Assembly: GCF_963921235.1 (NCBI RefSeq)
Contig: NC_086120.1
Span: 38,812,001 to 38,876,000, forward strand
Direction: 5' to 3'
Length of the DNA: 64,000 nt
Source of the DNA: Mobula hypostoma
Taxonomy: Eukaryota
Part shown: piece after piece, positions 1 through 12,470 of the stretch
How the letters are laid out: every line of letters starts with the position of its first letter
Numbering within the stretch: the first letter of the stretch is position 1
Notes under the pieces: generated by a model
Seen by the model: the letters and a program-made list of their open reading frames with translations, nothing else
What the model was told of the DNA's origin: nothing
Databases searched by the model: none
Position numbers and translations under genes: made by a program

Positions 1-1045
1 CTGAATTACCAAGATGTAGGAGGTTACAGACCATGTGGTGTAGGTAGGTACCTGATGGTTGATATGGACATAGCCGGCCAAAGGATCTATGTCTGCTGTG
101 GATTATCAATGTTGTATCTCTGTTTACTTTCTGATCCTTCGGGTTCTTCTGGGAGACAGGAATGACAATCAGCCTTAATGCCAGCTATCGTTTAGTTTAG
201 AGTACAAACAAACACATAAATACTAAGCAAACTAAATAGAGAGCTGAGAAAAGATGCTAAGAGGTGAATGAATGGTAAAGAATGTGAAGACAAAATAATA
301 AAGGCAACTCTGAAAAATCCATTCTGTTTATAGATAAGATAAGGAAGATTCCTTAAATAAAGATAAACTAATTAATTGGTTACATAATTAAAACAATTGC
401 ATTGTGTGTGTAATGTGCTAATACTTAGTCAATGAAAAATAAAAAAGGTAATAAACTGTTATTATAACTGCTATAACGCTTTCTGCCAAAAAGTGGGGAT
501 GAACTAACAAATACTGTAAAAAAAATACATGTTTCTTAAAAAGTGCAAACCTTATAAAATATATTATTAATAAAACAGTGGTTACAACACCAAGATGTAC
601 CAAGTTACAGTCCAAGTGGTATCGGTAGTTACATGATGGTTGATGTAGACTTGGTGGGCCAAAGGAACCATGTCTGATGTAATTCTCGAGAGCTACCTTG
701 AGTTCAATGATATCTGAACACAGACATTTGCTTCCATTCCATTAGTATGTTTTTCAACTTCCATTTTCAATCTTAGTGTAAAGATATTTCAACTCTCTTT
801 ACAACAAATTATAGTTCAGGAGTTAACAGCCCTGTTTTGCAAATTCCAACTTATATAGTGTAAGCCTTTTATAAGTAAGTAATTGAGAAAATGTGATTTT
901 TCATGAGAAGAAAATTCTAAAATTTTTTGGAATTATTCTTGCAGAAATTATTATCCAATATAGTTTAATAGATAAAAGTACACACGAAGATTGTTTTCAA
1001 CATCACCAGACCAGCTAGATGCTGAACCAATGGGGCTCCTAAGTA

Positions 1046-1251
1046 ACACTCACAACATGCTGGAGGAACTCAGCAAGTCGGGCAGCATCTGTGGAAAAGA
1101 TCGGTCGACGTTTCGGGCCGGAATCCTTCGTCAGGGTTCTGGCCTGAAACGTCGACCGATCTTTTCCACGGATGCTGCCCGACCTGCTGAGTTCCTCCAG
1201 CGTGTTGTGAGTGTTGCTTTGACCCCAGCATCTGCAGATTATTTTGTGTTT
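1046..1251. mobile_element. Fold-back PLE-terminus insertion with 13-bp TSD
   Basis: TSD gggctcctaagta at 1033-1045 and 1252-1264; inverted arms ~1046-1126 and ~1134-1214; contains hammerhead core on - strand. Confidence 0.85.
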
Positions 1252-1421
1252 GGGCTCCTAAGTATATAGGTGTTGAAGTTCTGTAGATCGATACTGTAGA
1301 TAATGAAGCTTTGTTGTACGTTAGATTGTTGTATTACAATGTAATTGTGTGGTTCAGAACTGTTTTGACAGCAGTTATTTACAAATAACTAATTTTTGTT
1401 CTCTGCATCATGTCTCTTCAG

Positions 1422-1607
1422 CTGGGGTATGTTGGCTGCAGCAAGGAAGAAATGGAAAATGCCAAGCTTTGTCCATGACTCGGGTTGATCGAGAGGAATG
1501 TTGCACTAGTGGAAGTGCCCAGGCTGCATGGACAAATCAGGACATACCAGAAAGTGATATCTTAAAACTTATAATTCTTGGTGGAGTGAATTGCTACCCA
1601 TGTCACA
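1422..1607 (+). CDS. FSTL3: FSTL3 coding exon 2 (N-terminal TB-like domain)
   Basis: tctcttcAG acceptor at 1420-1421 and GTAAGT donor at 1608; 186 nt, phase 1/1; encodes GVCWLQQGRNGKCQ...EECCTSG...AAWTN...NCYPCH, the follistatin-family N domain with the FSTL3-type GVCWLQQG start. Confidence 0.93.
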
Positions 1608-1950
1608 GTAAGTAGAGTAACTGTGAAAGACTAGGGACAGCTCTAAAAGCATATGGATGTGCAATATTTAGAAATGGATTGGTGTGAAAATCTAACGTAT
1701 GCGTTTGCCAAGCCTTAAAAGATTTGTCCCATGATTCCAAGTTAACTTGGGTTAGACTTGCCATGGAGATACATCACTAATTCTGGCTAACCCTTCTAGC
1801 TCATGGTATTTTATAGTGAGGGTCCCAACTCATTGTGAGCTGGCCTGTAGATGAGATCATTTTCAGAAATTTGCCACAGTATATTACAATCGATCTTAGT
1901 CCAGAAAGTAGTATTATAATGAGGTCATTCTCATTAAGTGTTTGCCTCAA

Positions 1951-2170
1951 GACAGGAGATTTGATAGAGATAGGCAAAATTATGAGGGATATAAATGCAA
2001 GCAGTCTTTTTCCACTGAGGTGTGTGAAATGTGAAATGTTTAAGGGGTGCATGAGGGGTGACATCTTCACTCAGAGGGTGGTGAGAGTGTGGAACGAGCT
2101 GCCAGTGGAGATGGTGGATGCAGGTTCAATTTCAACATTTAGGAGAAACTTAGATAAGTACATGGATGGG
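1951..2170 (+). mobile_element. CR1/HER1-like LINE ORF2 3' fragment
   Basis: GDLIE..KIMR and FTQRVVRVWNELP...FRRNLDKYMD motifs typical of the CR1 ORF2 C-terminus. Confidence 0.75.
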
Positions 2171-2621
2171 GGAGGGGGCGAGGGTGGGTTTGTAAGGAAG
2201 GAAAGGTAGTAGGGAATTTTCAAAGATCCTCTATCTCAAGCAGTAGGAATTGGTAAAATATCTGCACCAATGTGTCTTAAGTAAAAATGAGTCTATAGGG
2301 TTGTGCACCTCAGAAACAGCCCCTTCATGCAGACCAAGGTATCTACCTGAGCTAGTCCTTCTGCCTGCATTTGGCCTATATCCCTGTAAACTTTGTCCCT
2401 CCAAGTACCCATTCAAATGTCTTTTCAACATTGTAATTGTACCCACTTCTACAGATTTCTCTGGCAGCTTATTCCACATACCCTGCACCTTCCGTCTGGA
2501 AAATGTTAACTTATTCTCCTACTGATCTTAATTTTAAAGAAGGTTTTTCTCCAAGCAACGTAAGTCATAGAAGAGATTGTGGAATGTAGTCCCAAATTTT
2601 GACCGGAATCTTCATCTAAGG

Positions 2622-2701
2622 CGGTGGTTCCCAACCTGAGGTGCACGGTCCCCGTCCTCAATAGTATTGGTCCATGGCATAAAGTAGAATGGGAACCCCT
2701 G
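2622..2701. mobile_element. hAT-Charlie-type MITE (~80 bp)
   Basis: TIR-like CGGTGGTTCCCA...TGGGAACCCCTG; 8-bp flanks atctaagg / atctagag fit the Charlie NTCTAGAN target preference; related copy at 14993-15069. Confidence 0.65.
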
Positions 2702-4689
2702 ATCTAGAGCAGCAAAGCAAATACTGAAATACATTTGAGTTACAAACAGGTGGGAGAATCAGGTTGAGAGGAAAAATACGTCAGCCTTCATTGAATGGCC
2801 GTGCATTCTCGATGACCTGAGTGATCTCATACTGCTCCTGCGTCTTACTGTCTTATGGTTTTGAGAAGGGCCTCAATATAAAACAAGTTTACAATGTTAC
2901 CAACGTACAATCCATTATAAATTGACTTCACCGGCTCCAAGGTATATTTGAGGAGAAATGGAAATGCTGACGAAGATTGGGGAGCAGCAGTTCGCATATA
3001 TTTGTTTTAAATCAGAGTTATATATTACACTTTGGAATGATAAATCACCTCCTTTTATCTATTTTTTCTTCTCCTCTGATGTACTGATCGCCTATTTTGT
3101 CAACTTGTCATTAAAGTACTCCCTTGGACTCATTCCACAGATTACATGGGTGACATTGTTTCATCAGTGAAATTTGATTCAAGGCCCAGAATTCTTAGAA
3201 ATCTTGATAAATCCCTTTTTATCCCACTAATCGCTGCATTAGTTTTATTCCCCAGGAAGTCTGGCTTTGCTTCTTGAGATATAACGCATCCTAACAACTT
3301 TACCGGAACTTTGTTGATCTTGGCAACTGTTAACGATTTACCATTTTATCACTTTAAGACTGCTGCCGTGTATACCTACTAGTTGTTTTTGTAGTGTCGC
3401 GTGCCAATGCCTTATTTGTTCAATGGGTTTATCATCAGAAGTGCTATTGCAATATTTACTACTTAAATTAATTGTCTTTCTTAAAAAAGCAATGAAGCTG
3501 AATAAATATTAGGACTATATACTATTTGACCAGAACTACATATCACATTGCTTGATGTAGGCTGCATCTCTGATGACTTAAACCTGTGTACTCTGCTCAC
3601 ATAATGTTAGAATCATAGAGCATTACAGTACGGAAACAGGCCCTTCACCCCAGCTTCTCCATGCTGGACCATCTCAGCTGGTCCCATTTGGTCGTATTTG
3701 GCCCATATCCCTCCAAATTTAGAAAGAAATAAAAGACCACAAAGCTGGTAACACAAAAAAAAATCCATGCTTGTACTTCAGAATTTTAAGAGCCTTCGGC
3801 ATTATTATTGTAAAATATTGCAGTGGCGGAGATCTTATCGAAAGTTCCATCCCTTGGGAGAAATAAACGGAAACGGCAGAATTATAAAGCCACTTGAGAA
3901 TCTTTTGCTCTAGAGAATTTGCCTGCATTTTTTTACAAATTAAACATAATGCTTAATAAATAATAATCATCTAGGGTTAGGAAGTTATACAGTATCTCAA
4001 TGCAAACTACATTTTTAGAGAAACCCCCAATAAGCAGTACACTTACCTCAGAAAATGAAAATATAAAAATAAACTACAAATGCTGGGAATCTAGAACAAA
4101 AGAACAGAAAATACTGGACTCACTTAGCATGTCAGGCAGCATCTGTGGAAGGGGAAACAGGGTTAATGTTTGGGTTAAAGTATTGGCTCTGTTTCTCTTG
4201 TCACAGATTCTGCCTGACCCACTGATCCCTTCCTTCATCTGCCTTTCCCAAGGTCAGCTAGTCTGATTGCTGCCCATATAGGATGTGGTGTTCATTACAT
4301 AAATCATAAAGATCGTGATTTGCTAAGTGTGAATTAGTAGAATTCCTAAGCAGTTTGCATTACTTTCAAAGTCAAATTTAAGCTTATTGTCATATGCACA
4401 AGTACATCAGCTGTAAAGAAAAGATTACTTGCAGCATCACAGACACACGTAGCAGCATTCAAATTAAAATCAAATAGTTCAGGTGGTTCAATTTAATATC
4501 AGAGAATGTATACAGTATACAGTCTGAAACTCTTATTCTTTGCAGACATCAACAAAACAAGGAATCCCATAGAATGATATGATAGAAACATCAGAACCCT
4601 GAAGCCCCCACAAGCAAAGCATAAATTAAGCAGGTTTTACAAGAAAGAACACAATAAGAATAAAATAAATAAGATACTAATAAGTCGAT

Positions 4690-5025
4690 AAAATTAAAGA
4701 TTAGCTTTATTTGTCATATTTACATTGAAGCATCGAAACATGAGATGAAATGCACTGTTTGCTTCAATGACCAGCACATTCGAGATGTTCTGAGGATAGC
4801 CTGCAGGTGTCACCAAGTTCCCAGCACCAGCGTAGCGTACCCCCTAACCAGTATATCTTTGGAATGTGGAATGAGGAAACCAAAACACCCGGTGTAAACC
4901 CATGTGGTCACGGGAAGAATGAGCAAACTCCACATGCAAACAGTGGCAAGAATTGAACCCTGTGTATTTTATAGCTAGCAGTGTTAGGCATTACGCTAAC
5001 TGCTACACTACCCTGCCACCCACAT
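4690..5025 (-). mobile_element. V-SINE (HE1-like) variant
   Basis: Minus-strand tRNA-like head (GTAGTGTAGCAGTTAGC...GGTTCAATTC) and V-domain-like GGGTTTACACCGGGTG...TTCCTC. Confidence 0.6.
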
Positions 5026-5799
5026 TTGCTACCACAGCACCCGCCAAGTAAGAACCATTGCTATGACATAGGACTCAGCAACCTGGCCCATGTAATTACA
5101 CATTAACTATTGGAAAAATGGAAGTTATACTTATATCATCCATTTACATTCACCCTCACCACTCAGCATGTGACCTCTCAAAATTTTGGGAAGGCTAAGT
5201 CAACTTTATCATTCACTTTGCTCTATTTAAAGTGATGAGAGCTCTCTTCCACTAAATGTTAAGAGAATCTGTACCCCTGAGATGGCATCACGAATAAAGA
5301 CCCAGAACGGGAATGAATGTGATTTGATCCCCTCAAAAGTTTTCCTGATGTACATTTGCCCTATGTTGGTGATTGCTAAATGTACTTGATTTCCAAAAAG
5401 AAGGCTGCCTTTAGTTTCTGTCTTCCTTCAGAAGTACTGGTAAAGTTTTCCAGAGTGCCTTTGGAATTGCTCATCTTTAAGCTCCTTACTTTCCATTATC
5501 TGATACTTTATGAGTGCCAGTGGCTCACTGCTTTACTAACTACATAAAGATCAACTTGAAAGGCCTCAGTTTTGTACATCATTGAATATTAGCTTTTTTA
5601 AATCCTGTTGGCTGTTTTAAAGTTCCAACATTTTTGGATTAGAAGGCAAACTTCAAATAAATAAAGTTGTCCTGAGCAACTAATTTTGTATCCATTGATT
5701 CAGTCCCTACTTAAAATATTATATTTCTCTAATTCATAACTTGACATTTTTAAAAAATATTCCCTTTAACCTTTTCTCCATGTGGCAAATATAATAGAA

Positions 5800-6110
5800 G
5801 AAGGTTCAGGAGCTTGAAGACTCGTACGGCCAGATTTGGGAACAGCTTCTTTTCAACTGTGATAAGACTGCTGAACGGATCCTGACCCAGATCTGGGCCG
5901 TACCCTCCAAATATCCGGACCTGCCTTTCGATTTTTTCTGCACTGCCTTATTTTCCATTTTTCTATTTTCTATTTATGATTTATAATTTAAATTTTTAAT
6001 ATTTACTATTGATTTCTAATCCAGGGAGCGGGAAGCGCAGAATCAAATATCGCTGTGATGATTGTACATTCTGGTGTCAATTGTTTGGCGACTATAAAGT
6101 ATAAAATATA
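5800..6110 (+). mobile_element. Rex1-like LINE 3' end, young family (second copy at 13328-13632)
   Basis: GGGAACAGCTTCTT (NSFF) motif and ATAAAGT-repeat tail; closely similar to 13328-13632. Confidence 0.65.
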
Positions 6111-6649
6111 GTACTCCAGAATTTTTCTTGAAATCTTGAGTTCCAATTTGTAGAATTCAAAGTTCAAATAAATTTATTATCAAAATATTATCCTTGCTAA
6201 TCCACCCTAAGCCCTATTCAATGCTTCTTAGCTGAAACCGCAAGGCCCCTTCTTTCACTGACAAAAAATAATGTTGAGAACATGGGCCACTGCTTTAGCC
6301 CACCTACACTGAATGCTTATAAGATGTTCCACTGCAGAACTCTGCAACTTCACTTGTAGACTTACAACAGAAGACACTTGGCTAATGTTTGACATAAAAC
6401 TGTTGAAATAATGTGCTTTCATGTCAAAGTCAAAGTTAAAGAAAGGCAAAGCCAAAGGTAGATTTATTATCAAACTACACATATGTCACTGAGATTCAGG
6501 TTCTTATGGACATTCACAGTTGAACAGAGAAATACAATAGAATCAATGAAAGCTACACTCAGAAAAAGATAAACAGGCAACTATGCACAAAAGAAGACAA
6601 AATGACCAAATAAAAAATAATAAGTAATAATATTAATTATAATAAATAA

Positions 6650-7695
6650 ATGGCGGGCTCATAGTTGGAGACCTCTTCCCAGAAACTGAGGGGTTCCTTA
6701 TAGCATTACAGGACCTGGCGGTTAACACAAAAAATATCAATAATACATAATAAAAGACCAACACATTCAAGACAACAAATGCATAAAATGCCATGATAAA
6801 CCAGAAACATTCCAACAGATTGCGGGATCCTGCAGCAGTTTAACTCAATCTGATTACTTACACAGGCACAACCAAGTGACAAACATCATTCACCAAAACC
6901 TTGCTTTAAGATACAAACTCATAATAGACACCATATCTTACTATAAATACAAGCTTGATCCAGTTTTAGTCTCAAAGTCCCAAAAATTATATTACAAGTG
7001 ATCCATTATTATAGATGGGATCATCCATATTAACCATCTGGATATAATATTACAGGAACAAGCAAGAAGAACTTACTTAATATATATATAGCCATTCCAA
7101 ACACACATAACATAAATAAATTAATATGTGAAAAACACCAGAAACATGCTGAATTAAAAGAGGAAGTTGATAGACTTTGGAACATGAACAGGGCATACTT
7201 TGTCCCAATAGTAATATCTACAACTGGTATCATTCCAAAGTCACCACACAAAAGCATTGAACAATTTGGCCTACACAGCAATATTTACAGTATGAAGTTT
7301 TTCAGTAAGCCACAATACTAAGTACCACTGGAATAGTCTGAAATGGGCGGCGTGGTAATGTAGTGGTTAGCACAAAGCTTTAAAATGCAGGTGACACGGG
7401 TTTAATTCCTGCCACTGCCATAAGGATTTTACTCATTCTCAATGTGGCCGCGTGGATTTCCTCCCACAGTCCAAAGACGTACCAGCTGGTAAGTGAATAG
7501 GTCATTGTAAATTGTCCCGTGATTAGGCTAGGATTAAATCGGGGGATTGCTGTGGCTCAAAGGCCCAGAAAGGCTCATTCCATGCTGTATCTCAAGAAAA
7601 TAAAATAAAACATCAAAAATTCCTAGCGATTGAGAAATGAGTGTGCTTGGCTATGCCTTTACCTCAGGATTTACCAGCTTGAGCTGAGAAAAAAA
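6650..7695 (+). mobile_element. R4/Dong-clade non-LTR retrotransposon 3' fragment, interrupted by a SINE
   Basis: Degenerate translation DLFPETEGFLIALQD...CIKCHDKPET...SDYLHRHNQV..IIHQNLA...IAIP...EK..K.AELKEEV.RLW...VPIVISTTGIIPK, i.e. CCHC, RHN and restriction-like endonuclease region. Confidence 0.8.
7345..7610 (+). mobile_element. HE1-like V-SINE inserted in the R4/Dong fragment
   Basis: A-box-like GTAATGTAGTGGTTAGC, B-box-like GGTTTAATTCC, body TTCCTCCCACAGTCCAAAGACGTACC, A-rich tail. Confidence 0.75.
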
Positions 7696-8913
7696 ATAAA
7701 AATGATAACGATAACAAAAGTAATACTGAGAACATGAGTTGTAGAGTCCCTGAAAATGAGTCCATAGGTTGTGGAGTTAATTCAGAGTTGAGGTGAGCAA
7801 ATTATCCATGCTGCTTTAGGAGTCCGATGGCTGAAGGGCATTAACTATTCCTAAACCCAGAGGTGTGGATCCTAAGGCTTGTGTACCTCCTTCCAATGCT
7901 GCAGTGAGACGAGACCATGGCCTGGATGGTGAGAGTCCTTGATGATAGCTGCTCTTTAATGGTAATTACTGAAGGTAGCCTATCAACTTGAAGCTATTAT
8001 CATGACACAGCAGAGCTCAGGGAAAGTAACCTATAAATTAAACAATTAAACATATTTGAAACCCTTCTGATTTTTATCAGCTATTGCCTCACAGATATTA
8101 TTTCATTTAACCATATTTTTGCGAGATTTCAGTACCGTAATTTAATTTACCACGTTTTCAATGAATATTCATTTTGCGTGAATACTTTTAATTTTCTTTT
8201 TATGAACTTGGAATTGTTTTCTCACATTTGTCTTGATACAGTGAATAGTTTATCTTGCATACTGGTCTATTACACTGTGCATTTTAGCAGAACAAGGTAA
8301 ATTAATAACACCACAGAACAAAGTGTAACAGCTACAGAGAAACTGCAATGTAGTTAAACAATAAGGCGCAAGATCATAACGAGGTAAATTGTGAGGTCAA
8401 TAGCCCACCTTACTGTCCATCCAGGGAACATTCAGGAGTCTTATAACAGTAGAATAGAAGCAGTCTTTGAGCCTGGTGTCAGCCTTAATTTGGTGGTGTA
8501 TTTTAATGTTTCACTCTGAGATTTAAAGAATACTGAGTGTCAAAAGCAGGCCTTATGTGTCTCGAGACACACTTGTTAAAAGCATCAAGGGAAAATGTTG
8601 TTCCATGCTGCCAAGCTCCATCCCTTCTACAAATGTACAGATAACTTAGCAACTATTCAAGATTCCGGAGTCAAGATGCAAAATTGTTTCATTCTTCAGT
8701 ACGCAAGTGTAAAGGAGAACGAAATGACTGTTACTCTGGATCCGATGCAGCATAAAAAATGCAATGTATACACTAATTAAATTGGTGCATTTTAAAAGTA
8801 GAGGCTTAATACATTTGCAACCCTGACAGTAACAGGACTGACCAGCTTAAAGTAAGAAATGTGCATTGATCAAATCCGAATCACTAAACACTACTGGAGT
8901 TTTTCCTTAAGGA

Positions 8914-9048
8914 AGTCCTGAAGAAGGGTCTCGGTCTGAAATGTTGAATGCTAACCCTTTTCCATAGCTGCTGCCTGGCCTGCTGGGTCTCCAGCATTTT
9001 GTGTGCATTGCTTTGGATTTCCAGCACCTGCAGATTTTCTCGTGTTTG
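8914..9048 (+). mobile_element. PLE terminal fragment with decayed hammerhead motif
   Basis: AGTC-CTGAAGA-AGGGTCTCGGTCT-GAAAT-GTT followed by the family tail GCTGCCTGGCCTGCTG...CCAGCA. Confidence 0.7.
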
Positions 9049-9762
9049 TTTTTCCTAAATTTACAAGTTTTGTTATAATTTACAATTTCTATAGAAGGTC
9101 TTGAATGAGCTCCTTCCTGTACGTGTGGCTACATAATGGTGAGTGGGCTCACCACACAGACACTTACGGGCATCGGACATAGGGCATAAAACATAGGATA
9201 AGCACAAGAAATCCAAAGCAGCTGACACAAAATGCTGGAGGAACCCAGCAGGTCAGGCAGCATCTATGGAAATAAATAAACAGTGGAAGTTTCAGGCCGA
9301 GACCCTTCTTCGGGATTCTGGAACATAGGACACAGGACAATGACGGTACAGCACAGAATGGGCCCTTGTGTCACACAATGTTGTGAGGACCAATATAAAC
9401 CCCTATGATCAATCCAATGCCTGCCTTCTACGCAGCCCATAACCCTCCATCTTTCATACATCCATGTGTGCCTAACTCAGAGTTTCTTAAATGTCCCGAT
9501 TGTGTCAGCCTCATCCATCACGCCCATTATAATGGATAATGGGGCACTGCTGGGTATAGTATTGATGAAATATATGGGTGTGTACAATTTTGTGTTTCAA
9601 CATTTCTTTCAAAGGGGTCAGTTCAAGGTTTTCCAATGACATATTTCATCTTAAATTAATAATAGCAGTGCAAAGTGGCCCTGTTCTTCTGCTTTAGTTA
9701 TGAAATTTTATCTTCTCTATAGTTCAGTGTTTGCAATTGATTATTTTTGTCTATGACTTTAG

Positions 9763-9981
9763 AAACCTGTGACGGTGTGGACTGTGGACCGGGGAAGATC
9801 TGCAAAATGAACAAACATAATAAGCCAACATGCATCTGTGCGCCTGACTGTTCAAATGTCACAAAGAGAGTACCTGTATGCGGAACTGACGGTAAAATCT
9901 ACAAGGATGAATGCAGCCTCCTTTTGGCCAAATGCAGAGGATTGCCAGAACTAGAAGTACAGTATCAGGGAGAATGCAAAA
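9763..9981 (+). CDS. FSTL3: FSTL3 coding exon 3 (follistatin domain 1, EGF-like plus Kazal)
   Basis: gactttAG acceptor at 9761-9762 and GTAAGT donor at 9982; 219 nt, phase 1/1; [31 protein letters not shown]...[35 protein letters not shown] with 10 Cys. Confidence 0.95.
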
Positions 9982-10849
9982 GTAAGTTTTTATTCAACTT
10001 TCCTGGCATGTTAGGTGTTTCCCCCATCATTTTAGATTTCTCACTATTTCTTCATACTATCAAAGGGATTTCAAAGTTCAAAGTAAATTTATTATCAAAG
10101 TACATATAAGTCATCATATACTACCCTAAGATTCTTTTTCTTGCACAGTAGAGCAGTGAAATACAATAGAATCAATGAAAGACAGCACACAAACGAAGAC
10201 TGACAATCAATGTGCAAAAGAAGACAGTCTGTGTAAATACAATAAATAAATAAATAATACTGAGGATATAAGTTGCAGAGTCCTTGAAAGTGAACCCGTA
10301 AGTTGTGGAAGTAATTCAGAGTTGAGGTGAGTGAAGTTATCCACACTGGTTCAGGAGTCTAATGGTTGAAGGGTAATGACTATTCCTGAAGCTGGTGGTG
10401 TAAGACCTCCTTCCCGAAGACAGCAGCATGGCCTTGATGGTGGAGGTTCTTGATGATGAATGCTTCTTTCATGTGGTGGCACCCCTTGTAGATGTGCTCG
10501 ATGGGGAGGAGTTTTCCTGTGATGGACTGGAAGGTATCCACCACTTTTTGTAGTTTTTCCTGTTCTTGCATTGGTGTTTTGATACAGCTATGATGCACCA
10601 GTCAACATGCTCTCTCCACTGTGCATTTACTGAAGTTTGTTGAAGTTTTAGGTGTTTCTATTGATGGCTCTTCTTTATCACAAAGATTCTTTGGACAATG
10701 ATTGGAGCAAGCAAGGATTGTGCTTTCTCTCTGCATACATCAGCTGAGGTTTTCTGGGCTTCTTCAATGTACACATGGAATTAACTATCTATACAATTCT
10801 ATATAATCAGAAATAGAGATCACACTTGGGGTTTGTGCTTTTATTTTAT

Positions 10850-11340
10850 GAATTGAATTGACTTTATTTCTTACATCCTTCACATACATGAGGAGTAAAA
10901 ATCTTCATGTTACGCCTCCATCTAAATGTGCAATGTACAATCATAGTAATTTATAATAATTTATAATAAATAGAACAATCAATGTAACATAGAAATACAC
11001 TCAAATCAGCATGAGAAATGAATTTGAATTTGATTTTTGAATTGACTTTATTTCTTATATCCTTCACACATGTGAGGAGTAAAAATCTTTGTTATTTCTC
11101 CACCTGAATGTGCAATGTGCAAATTATAGTAATTTGTAATAAATAGTATGTACAGTAAGATACATAATAGAACAGTCAATATAGCTTAGAAATACAATTG
11201 TGTCAGCATGAATTAATCAGTCTGATGGCCTGGTGGAAGAAGCTGTCCCAGAGCCTGTTGGTCCTGGCTTTAATGCTGTGGTACAGTTTCCCAGATGGTA
11301 GCAGCTGGAATAGATTGTGGTTGGGATGACTCGGGTCCAT
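10850..11340 (-). mobile_element. LINE 3' end with tandemly duplicated tail
   Basis: Two copies of attgactttatttcttacatccttcaca...gaggagtaaaaatct at ~10856 and ~11041, followed by NSFFHQAIRL-like ORF end on - strand. Confidence 0.55.
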
Positions 11341-11712
11341 AAGTGCATTTATATTACAAAATCACTATACTTCAAAAATACTTATTTAGCGAAAAATCAC
11401 TTTGCTATATCCAGAAAGGGATGTGGAAGCAGCCATATAAATGCAGATCATCGTTTCAGTTGGTGGAGAGCAAACCCTAATTCTGTAAAACCTTAATTAG
11501 AAAGCTGCTACAAAATGAGAAGAGTACTGTAGTAAGTATAAGAAGAGGTCTTATGATTTATGTTGCTGCAGTCATGGGATTAGGCTGGCACAAACAGGCC
11601 TTTCAAACAGCTAATCATTTTCATTAATCTCTTTGGACCCCCTTCAGAGCCAACACGTCTTTCCTTAGATACAGGGTCCAAAGTTACTCACCATATTCCA
11701 AAGGTGGCCTGA

Positions 11713-12012
11713 TTTATAGGCATCCATTAGTCCCAAGAGACCATGGATTTGCGCCTTAGAAAGTTTCCAAGGCGCAGGCCTGGGCAAGGTTGTATGGAAG
11801 ACTGGCAGTTGCCCATGCTGCAAGTCTCCCTTCTCCATGCCACTGATGTTGTCCAAGGGAAGGGCATTAGGACCCATACAGCTTGGCACCAGTGCCATTG
11901 AAGAGCAATTTATGGCTAAGTGCCTTGCTCAAGGACACACATGCTGCCTCAGCCTGATTTGTACTAGCAACCTTCAAATCACTAGACAAACTCCTTAACC
12001 ACTTGGCCACAC
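11713..12012 (-). mobile_element. tRNA-derived SINE with CORE-like domain
   Basis: Head GTGGCCAAGTGGTTAAGG; CORE-like GTGTCCTTGAGCAAGGCACTTAGCC; TSD ggtggcctga at 11703-11712 and 12013-12022. Confidence 0.7.
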
Positions 12013-12242
12013 GGTGGCCTGACTAGCGCCTTGCAACGCCTCAGCAGAATAAGTGTTTAACTTAAGTTGAATAACTTTCGCTTAAAGTATGATTGGTTTT
12101 TCACACAATCTTTGTGTCTATCAGTAAACGTAGATCATATTTTCAATTAGTTGCTGTTGCATCCATTACAAGTTGCACTTCACTGATGGAGAATATACTT
12201 TCCTTGTATTGCTCACCACTGTATGCTACAAATGTCTTCCAG

Positions 12243-12470
12243 AGTCTTGCACGCAGGTTTTGTGCCCGGGAACCTCTATGTGCGTGATAGACCAGACTCA
12301 CAGTGCGCACTGTGTGATGTGCAGAGTGATGCCGTGTCCGGAACCATTGTCGTCTGAGCAGGCGCTCTGTGGCAACAACGGGGTTACCTACCATAGTGTC
12401 TGCCACCTGAGACGTGCCACTTGTTTGCTGGGAAAATCCATTGGTGTTGCCCACTATGGAAGATGTAACT
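12243..12470 (+). CDS. FSTL3: FSTL3 coding exon 4 (follistatin domain 2)
   Basis: tcttccAG acceptor at 12241-12242 and GTAAGT donor at 12471; 228 nt; [27 protein letters not shown]...[34 protein letters not shown], with FSTL3-type SAHCV and LCGNN motifs. Confidence 0.95.

Noticed and set aside
8-685. Diverged ~100-bp direct repeat (8-108 and 589-687) that could be LTRs
   Set aside because: Both resemble old CR1-type 3' ends; no TG...CA termini, PBS or PPT, and the first copy abuts the window edge.
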